Positions 61,478 through 64,000 of a stretch of 64,000 nt of DNA are shown here, one piece after another. The stretch spans positions 9,922-73,921 of the forward strand of contig CAITMK010000003.1 in NCBI GenBank assembly GCA_903893485.1. Reading direction: 5' to 3'. How positions within the stretch are numbered: position 1 is the stretch's first letter; the number at the start of each line of letters is the position of its first letter. Under the pieces are notes generated by a model. That model searched no databases. It was not told where the DNA came from and was given only the letters and a program-made list of their open reading frames with translations. The DNA comes from Candidatus Magasanikiibacteriota bacterium (GTDB lineage: Bacteria > Patescibacteriota > Patescibacteriia > Magasanikbacterales > 2-02-FULL-50-9b). Both the position numbers and the translations under genes were made by a program.

Positions 61478-61586
61478 CAAAAAATCCTAATGCTTCTGAA
61501 AGAGACTTGAACCCGAACCGGAGAGCGCGCAACTTTAGTTGCGCATCGCGACCCGGCGTCTCTTGAAGAAGTATTAGGATTTTTTG
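61478..61586. repeat. Structured palindromic element D (inverted homolog of C), abutting the tRNA-Arg 3' end
   Basis: ~28-bp imperfect inverted repeat; core CGCAACTTTAGTTGCG. Confidence 0.8.
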
Positions 61587-61661
61587 GTGCACCCGAGACG
61601 ACTTGAACGTCTGACCCTCAGCTCCGCAAGCTGATGCTCTATCCATCTGAGCTACGGGTGC
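61585..61661 (-). tRNA. tRNA-Arg(GCG)
   Basis: GCACCCG...TCAGC-TTGCGGA-GCTGA...GTTCAAGT...CGGGTGCACCA. Confidence 0.93.
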
Positions 61662-61696
61662 ATAAATGATTGCCTGACTATTCTAGCACAGCCTTT

Positions 61697-62194
61697 CTAA
61701 AACTTCAAGACCTTCTCCAAAACATCGCCCAAAGGCTCTTCTACTTGGGTTTTGTCTTCCCGGACGAACCGCAAAAGCGTCTCGCGGACCTCATTCGGGT
61801 CTTCGTCTTCCAGCGGAATAGAAAGCCGTGGCGACGTGGCACTTTTGAACGTGATATATAAACTTTTGACCACACCTGGTTCAAAAACAATGAAAAAACG
61901 GTCGACTTCGAGGTATGGGTACAAAAATCCGCGCCACACCACGCCTTTGTCGGTAATGCCAAACTGCGTCAGGCCCGGCTCTTTGGTCTCGTGGAACAAA
62001 AAAATGACCGCGATTAAAATTAAAATAAACGCAAATAAATAATTATCGGTGTAGAGCGCGTACCCAATCGTTGCAAGTAAAAAAATGCTGGCCGTAATGT
62101 ACCACCGGGGTGTGTGCGGATATTTGGTATATTCCGGGATATCCCACACGTGATAAATCGTGTTTCCAAATTGATTGACAAGGGGCTCTGGCAT
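61697..62194 (-). CDS. Hypothetical membrane protein (2 TM plus small cytoplasmic domain)
   Basis: Start moved to MPEP (62194) so the gene does not overlap tRNA-Ser. Confidence 0.75.
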   Translation of the reverse strand: MPEPLVNQFGNTIYHVWDIPEYTKYPHTPRWYITASIFLLATIGYALYTDNYLFAFILILIAVIFLFHETKEPGLTQFGITDKGVVWRGFLYPYLEVDRFFIVFEPGVVKSLYITFKSATSPRLSIPLEDEDPNEVRETLLRFVREDKTQVEEPLGDVLEKVLKF

Positions 62195-62268
62195 ATGATG
62201 ACAAAAGTATAACATGTATTGACTCGAGGCGCCAAATCCGCTACAATTGAATCGTTCTAAATTTACGT

Positions 62269-62360
62269 GGAGAGGTGGCCGAGTTGGTCGAAGGCACCAC
62301 ACTGCTAACGTGGCAGGGCTTAAACCGCCCTCCAGGGTTCGAATCCCTGCCTCTCCGCCA
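62269..62360 (+). tRNA. tRNA-Ser(GCT)
   Basis: GGAGAGG acceptor stem, CTGCTAA loop, long variable arm, GCCA end; TTGACT-N17-TACAAT upstream; terminator downstream. Confidence 0.94.
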
Positions 62361-62400
62361 GGACATCCCACTCACGTGGGATTTTTTGTTTGACGCCTTT

Positions 62401-63060
62401 TTAAACAGCCGCCACAACGACGCCGCAAATTTTTTCGACACCAACATGGTGAAGAGCTTCAATCGCAGCAGTCATTGTACTTCCTGTGGTGAGCACATCA
62501 TCGACAATGCAATATTGTACAGCAGGATCGATTTTTTCTGTTGCAATAAACGCACCCTGCATGGCACCCAAACGTTCCTGACGTGATCGATGTGCTTGCT
62601 GCCCGCGTCCACGGGCGCGCACCAAAATATTTTTAATTTCAAAATTTTCTGCACCGCCGGCCCGCAATATTCCCTGCGCCAAAATTTCCGATTGATTAAA
62701 TCCGCGCAGCGCTAACCGCTTTTCTAAGAGTGGAATCGGTACTAATATTATTTTTTCTTTTTGCGGCGGTAAACAATCATGCATCCATTGCCCCATCACC
62801 TCACCGGCGCGCCAAATCATTTTATATTTAAGCGTGTGAATTGCGCTGCGCACCGATGCAACTTCAAAACTGGTGGCCGAAAAAACCTGCGCACCAGCAA
62901 TTTCTCGAGTACAAATTCCGGCATTCAGACGCATAATCTCGCATTTTGTACACCAGATTACACAACCAGAATCAGAGCTGTCCACAAACAGCCCACAACC
63001 CATGCACGGCATGGGAAATAAAAAATCTAATACCACCCGCCAAATCCCCCCTTCCACCAT
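62401..63060 (-). CDS. comF: ComF family protein (zinc ribbon plus phosphoribosyltransferase fold)
   Basis: CMGC..CTKC, RGFNQS, VDDVLTTGST. Confidence 0.9.
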   Translation of the reverse strand: MVEGGIWRVVLDFLFPMPCMGCGLFVDSSDSGCVIWCTKCEIMRLNAGICTREIAGAQVFSATSFEVASVRSAIHTLKYKMIWRAGEVMGQWMHDCLPPQKEKIILVPIPLLEKRLALRGFNQSEILAQGILRAGGAENFEIKNILVRARGRGQQAHRSRQERLGAMQGAFIATEKIDPAVQYCIVDDVLTTGSTMTAAIEALHHVGVEKICGVVVAAV

Positions 63061-63063
63061 ATG

Positions 63064-63654
63064 TTATGGTTTGTACTCTTTCCAAGTTACGGCGTCAACT
63101 AACCAAATCGAATTTACCTTTACGGCTGCAACGGTCGCGATTTCATAGGTGGTATGATCGCCCGCGGTGCCGCCATGATACAAACGCTGCGCGCCAACTT
63201 CCAAAGTTGCGGTGGTTGCGGTTTGTGCCGTAATTTTTATTGAGATTGCATGTGTGGTAACGCCACTAAATACCGCAGCAACGGTTGGCGCCTGTGTTAA
63301 ACGAGCCTGCGCCCATGCTAACAAATGGGGGCCCATGCGACTGAGTAATTGTTTCAAATTCGCATTTTCTGCATCCGTTGAATAGGTTCCAAAGCGCGCA
63401 ACAAAATCACCGGTGGTGCGCTGAAGCATTGCGTCTGATGAATCCTTTGGGATTGAGCCTGCTGGAATTGGTGTGGCTGGTGTAACTGGTCCAATGTTTG
63501 GCGTTGTTGTTGCAGTTTGTGTTGGCGCAACTGGCGATGGAGCCGCAGGTGCAGCTGCGCGATTTTTAAGTGCAATAATCGCCGCAATAATTAGCAGCAC
63601 CGCTGCCAAAATCATGACGCCCATTCTTAATTTTTTCTGTGTTTCTGCTTCCAT
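63064..63654 (-). CDS. Single-TM protein downstream of the VirB4-like ATPase (possible VirB8/TcpC-like fold)
   Basis: N-terminal TM, PT-rich linker, FVARFGTYS helix followed by beta strands. Confidence 0.6.
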   Translation of the reverse strand: MEAETQKKLRMGVMILAAVLLIIAAIIALKNRAAAPAAPSPVAPTQTATTTPNIGPVTPATPIPAGSIPKDSSDAMLQRTTGDFVARFGTYSTDAENANLKQLLSRMGPHLLAWAQARLTQAPTVAAVFSGVTTHAISIKITAQTATTATLEVGAQRLYHGGTAGDHTTYEIATVAAVKVNSIWLVDAVTWKEYKP

Positions 63655-63659
63655 AGTTT

Positions 63660-64000
63660 TTATGTTTCAGGACCAAACTCAACCGGCACCACTGTTTTAA
63701 GCGCAGCCTCAGCATCGGTTGATTGCGATACGCCCGCCGCAGCCGCTGCGTCTTGATCTTCGCGCAATTTACGTTTTTCCTCTTCCATTTTAATCATCTG
63801 CTGTGGATTGGTAGTAACAATTTGATCTTCGTTATATGACGCAACAATTTTAATTGCCGCGTGTTTGTTGCCCGCAAAGAAAATACCTTCACCAACCGCG
63901 CTTTCCAAAAGCAAAAACTTTTCGCCCTCGGTGAGCATAAAGGTTTTTACCAAGTGATCGATCGCCGCCGGCGACTGTTTAAGCAAAAGCTGCATTGATG
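63660..64000 (-). CDS. VirB4/TraC-like ATPase, C-terminal part (5' end beyond window)
   Basis: QLLLKQSPAAID..LTEGEK..VGEGIFFAG..VASYNE..TTNP resembles the VirB4-family C-terminus. Confidence 0.75.
   Translation of the reverse strand, partial: SMQLLLKQSPAAIDHLVKTFMLTEGEKFLLLESAVGEGIFFAGNKHAAIKIVASYNEDQIVTTNPQQMIKMEEEKRKLREDQDAAAAAGVSQSTDAEAALKTVVPVEFGPET

Noticed and set aside
62195-62371. N-terminal extension of ORF 61697..62371
   Set aside because: Runs antisense through tRNA-Ser; the start at 62194 has a native-style -10 box

Overview
Chromosomal segment of a Patescibacteria (CPR)-type bacterium, probably Parcubacteria/ABY1-like (inferred from gene content). Genetic code 11; most genes lack a Shine-Dalgarno (SD) and have very short leaders. 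Contents from left to right: three tandem ~1750-aa paralogous surface proteins (the first cut by the window edge), housekeeping genes (trxA, infB, lemA-htpX, nrnA, clpP, hsp20, HU, gpsA, tsaD, dnaE, rseP, PMM/PGM, clpC, radA, recG, comF), three tRNAs (Glu-TTC, Arg-GCG, Ser-GCT) and the 3' end of a VirB4-like ATPase. Main unexplained signals: (1) seven scattered GC-rich single-gene cassettes, each with a TTGAC-N17 promoter, an SD and a terminator, unlike the SD-less neighbours; two encode myxobacterial-style Cys-repeat lipoproteins; (2) two tandem proteins fusing a Cys-rich domain and a VirB2/TrbC-like pilin to different peptidoglycan hydrolases, downstream of dsbA; (3) GC-rich multi-hairpin elements showing covariation, flanking clpP, abutting tRNA 3' ends, and once inserted in frame within recG; (4) a promoter-driven ~190-nt structured RNA candidate. 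All family assignments were made by eye, without database searches.
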